Below are positions 60,838 to 64,000 of a stretch of DNA of 64,000 bases, in pieces (positions within the stretch are counted from its first letter, which is position 1; each line of letters begins with the position of its first letter). A program made the position numbers and the translations under genes. Location of the stretch: the NCBI GenBank assembly GCA_965205675.1, contig OZ242186.1, positions 1,536,001 through 1,600,000 of the forward strand. Direction: 5' to 3'. The notes beneath the pieces are model-generated. The model was not told the origin of the DNA and made no database searches. It saw only the letters and a program-made list of their open reading frames with translations. This DNA is from Nitrosopumilus sp. (GTDB lineage Archaea > Thermoproteota > Nitrososphaeria > Nitrososphaerales > Nitrosopumilaceae).

Positions 60838-62128
60838 GCAATATCTGATAGTGATATCTGCAATAATATCCATAATAGCTGTATCTGCTGTACTTGGCAT
60901 ATCTGGTCCTGATGTTTTAACATCAAATGATACAATCAACGATAATTCTGTTGCAGATGAATATGATCATATGATACTGAATGCCTCAAACCAGAACCAC
61001 AACTATACTGCAATCCCCAGAGAAATTGCCCAATCAAATAACGAATTTGCAGTAAAGTTTTACCAACAGATATCAACAGATGAGAATATTTTTTTCTCAC
61101 CTACTGGCATGTATACTGCATTTTCTTTACTGTATGAGGGTGCACGAGAAAATACTGCCAAACAGATAGAGCAGGTGTTTGGATTTGAACCTGATGCATT
61201 TTTACGTCACAACTCTACTGCCCATATGATATCGGCACTAAACCAAGATGATCCTTATGCAACACTGCAAGTTGCAAACGCATTATGGATTGCCAATATA
61301 TTCTCACCATACCCCGAATACCTAGATATTGCAGATAAAACATACATTGCAACTGCTGAAATACTTGATTTTAAATCTGATGCTGAGGGCAGTGCTGAAA
61401 CAATAAACCAATGGGCCTCAGAGAAGACTAATGACAAAATCACAAAAGTTGTAACCCACAAAGATTTGAAACCCGGCACTGCTATGGTAATTAATAACGC
61501 CATTTATTTTAAGGGAACATGGCTTTCCCAGTTTTCGATGGAGGATACAAAAGAGTTAGACTTTAGACAAAATTCCACATCAAGTGTAAAGGCTGATTTT
61601 ATGAATCAGCACTCTTCATTTAATTACACTCACTCTGATGGGGCACAGGTGCTAAAGCTGCCATATGAGGGTGATAGACTATCCATGCTGGTGATATTGC
61701 CTGAGAGTCTGGATGTACAGCACTTTGAGGAGAATGTTCTTTCTGCACAACAGATACAAAAATGGAATAAAAGTATGTCCAGTACATCAATTGTTGTATT
61801 GATGCCAAAGTTTGAGATGAAGACAAACTATCTTCTAAATGACCATCTCAAATCTTTGGGAATGCCTGATGTATTTGAGGCGTTATCTTCTGATCTTACA
61901 GGAATTGGCCCATCGCATTATCCACTCTATGTTACTAAAGCAACTCAGGATGCATATGTCAAGGTAAACGAATCGGGAACAGAAGCTGCTGCTGTAACTA
62001 CTGCCATCATCGTCAGGGATAGTGGGCCGTCACAATTCGTAGCAAATCATCCTTTCTTGTTCTTAATACAAGATGATGACAGTGGCGCAATTTTGTTTAT
62101 GGGTAAATTATACGATCCATCTTCTTGA
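60830..62128 (+). CDS. Secreted/membrane-anchored serpin
   Basis: NIFFSP, INQWASEKT, NAIYFKGTW, PKF, hinge ESGTEAAAVT, FVANHPFLFLI; 8-bp overlap with the S8 stop. Confidence 0.95.
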   Translation: MNKQYLIVISAIISIIAVSAVLGISGPDVLTSNDTINDNSVADEYDHMILNASNQNHNYTAIPREIAQSNNEFAVKFYQQISTDENIFFSPTGMYTAFSLLYEGARENTAKQIEQVFGFEPDAFLRHNSTAHMISALNQDDPYATLQVANALWIANIFSPYPEYLDIADKTYIATAEILDFKSDAEGSAETINQWASEKTNDKITKVVTHKDLKPGTAMVINNAIYFKGTWLSQFSMEDTKELDFRQNSTSSVKADFMNQHSSFNYTHSDGAQVLKLPYEGDRLSMLVILPESLDVQHFEENVLSAQQIQKWNKSMSSTSIVVLMPKFEMKTNYLLNDHLKSLGMPDVFEALSSDLTGIGPSHYPLYVTKATQDAYVKVNESGTEAAAVTTAIIVRDSGPSQFVANHPFLFLIQDDDSGAILFMGKLYDPSS

Positions 62129-62144
62129 TGTTTGAGAAAATGTA

Positions 62145-62295
62145 GTGGTACTGTTATTGAGAGTAGTGATAAAGGTGATTTGTATGGAATTGTCAACTTT
62201 AAGACAAGATAGAAACAAGAGTTTGTTGTGGTATCTCAGAAATTATTTGAAATCAAATTCAATGAAAGATAAGATTTTGTTTGTAATTACGCAAG
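62145..62295 (+). pseudogene. Chimeric remnant: 49 bp of an S1 protease paralog fused to an IS5 right end
   Basis: 62145-62193 is 46/49 identical to 49421-49469; joins IS5 sequence at TGGAATTGT; TIR cut by IS3. Confidence 0.75.
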
Positions 62296-63544
62296 TGGAG
62301 TGGACCCCTGTTTTTAGTACCACTTTTTGCATAATCTTACATACAGTCTGATTCATTTATGTTTTCATCTCCCATAACTCCATGAATTCATCAGGAGTAA
62401 GGTATCCTAACGCTGAATGAATCCTGGAACCATTGTAATCGATTCGTGCTTTCTCTAGAGCAACTTCGGCTTCCTGATAGTTTGCAAACTCGTACCTCCA
62501 CAAGATACAAGTATTCCTTCTTGAGTGTTTTGTGGAATGATTCGACATGTCCGTTTTGTTCTGGCGTGTGGTGCCAGATGAATTCGTGTCTTATTCCAAG
62601 TAGAACAACTGCTTTTCTGAAATCTCGGCTGTTGTATTGCGAACCGTTGTCAGTTCTGAGAATCAGTTTTGTGCAATCAGGCTTTGCAGTAGCTACTGCA
62701 TTAATGATGCTGTCAATTGCAGTGTTCTTTGGAGCTGCCACATCAAATGAATGCCAAATCCATTTCCTGCTAAATGCATCAATCACGTTAAAGCAGTAGC
62801 ACCATCTGTCAACCCCACACCAGACATAGGTGATGTCTGTCTGCCACAACTGGTTTGGTGCATCAGGCTTGAATAATGTTCTGGCAGATTTGATGATGTC
62901 ATTTTTGGTCTTTTTAGGCTCAATCCAGCCCAATTTGTGAAATATTCTTCTGATTTGTTTTCTGTTTACAGGCTTGTTCAGTTCCCTTGAGACTTGGGAT
63001 GCCATGCGTCTGGTTCCATAAGTTGGCCTTTGTTTTCCAATCTTTTGAACTACATCAGTTACTGCAGGATCTGTCTGAATCCTTCTTGGTGACTTTGAGT
63101 AATACCATTTGCATTTTGAGACTCCAATTAATAACAATGACTTGTTCAAACTGATGTGTTTGTTCAGTTGATTCACTGCAGTCATCTTTTCTGGTTCTCC
63201 AACGTTTTTTTTAAAATGTCATTGGCAATTGTGATCTCGCCGATTAGTTTTTTGAGGGAATCATTTTCCTTTTGCAGATTCTTGCAGACATCTCCGTTTG
63301 GTGTGCCATTTAATGATGCCTTGCCACCTTCTACAAATCGTTCCCTCCATTGGTAGAATGTCTGTGGATGAATATTGTACTTTCTGCACAACTCTGCAGT
63401 TGCAATGTTTGTGTTTAGTGACTCTAAAACCACTCTTGACTTTTCTGCTGATGTGAATTTGCTCTTTACCATGAGGGTAAGCCTCCCAAGTTATCTGAAA
63501 AGTGTATGTATGGGACTGGTCCTACTCTAGAGGGGACCAGACCA
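62296..63544 (-). mobile_element. IS3-family copy 2, inverted, with a 7-bp frameshifting insertion in orfB
   Basis: Near-identical to 51033-52274; extra CAAGATA at 62501-62507; no TSD. Confidence 0.93.
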
Positions 63545-63607
63545 AAATGAATCAGACTGTATGTAAGATTATGCAAAAAGTGGTACTAAAAACAGGGGTC
63601 CACTCCA
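63545..63607 (+). mobile_element. Isolated IS3 right end (third copy remnant)
   Basis: Identical to 52212-52274. Confidence 0.85.
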
Positions 63608-64000
63608 TGTTCTATCACTAACTATGAAATCCTCCACCGTCGTCCAAGCACAACCAATACCATGTGATACAGCCTCTGCCTGTACAACCGAACCAATTGT
63701 CGTAGTTATATGCACAGTATTGTGTGTATTTTGAGATGTCATGGATATTTCATAATCGCAGGACGACAAAGTCGTAGTTATATGCACAGTATTGTGTGTA
63801 TTTTGAGAGCCACAAGAAGATCCATGCATGGTCATTTCTTGAGAAGAACCATGACCTAGTCCTTCGTGTATTGTAGTTGAAGGAGGACTAGCTAGAAGCT
63901 GATGTTCGCCGACACCAGTTTCCCATACAGATGCCATACAAGTATCATAAGTACAACTTTTAGGTTCGCCATAAACAACTGAATGGTGGAGTGCATCAGA
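63608..64000 (-). CDS. 3' part of a hypothetical Ser/Thr-rich protein, open to the window end and cut by an IS3 end
   Basis: Stop-free frame from 64000 (SDALHHSVVYGEPKSCTYDTCMASVWE...). Confidence 0.45.
63699..63807 (+). repeat. Two identical 37-bp repeats with a 35-bp spacer (CRISPR-like unit or coding duplication)
   Basis: GTCGTAGTTATATGCACAGTATTGTGTGTATTTTGAG at 63699 and 63771; internal hairpin; no cas genes in the window. Confidence 0.6.

Overview
AT-rich archaeal chromosome segment, most likely from an ammonia-oxidising Nitrosopumilaceae (Thaumarchaeota) genome. The basis is the rpoN-eno-rps2-mvk-ipk-idi-idsA-gltX gene order, the tkt-rpe fusion, purP and a PhnD carrying the thaumarchaeal IPDWIKxNAGWW domain. 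Core blocks (about 13.5-22 kb and 27.6-47.9 kb) alternate with accessory blocks dense in IS5, IS630, IS481, IS66, ISH3 and IS3 elements and MITEs, roughly a fifth of the window by my tally. There are also decayed restriction-modification genes and secreted proteins with recent tandem-repeat expansions. Together these suggest a host-associated lineage, for example a sponge symbiont (inference). The best candidates for new biology are four. (1) An IS-bracketed secreted protease/antiprotease module: a 1598-aa multidomain subtilase translationally coupled to an inhibitory-type serpin whose predicted P1 is Asp (IVRD|S, caspase/granzyme-B-like), linked to a chymotrypsin-like protease whose start is out of frame at a poly-A tract. 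(2) A shared TTCT-N8-AGAA palindrome at similar spacing upstream of the TATA boxes of phnD, a repeat-expanded cupredoxin and a tandem ArsR-like pair, suggesting a local regulon. (3) A histone-H1-like protein with six perfect 30-bp repeats. (4) An ambiguous two-repeat CRISPR-like unit at the right edge. All calls are by eye; no database searches were run.
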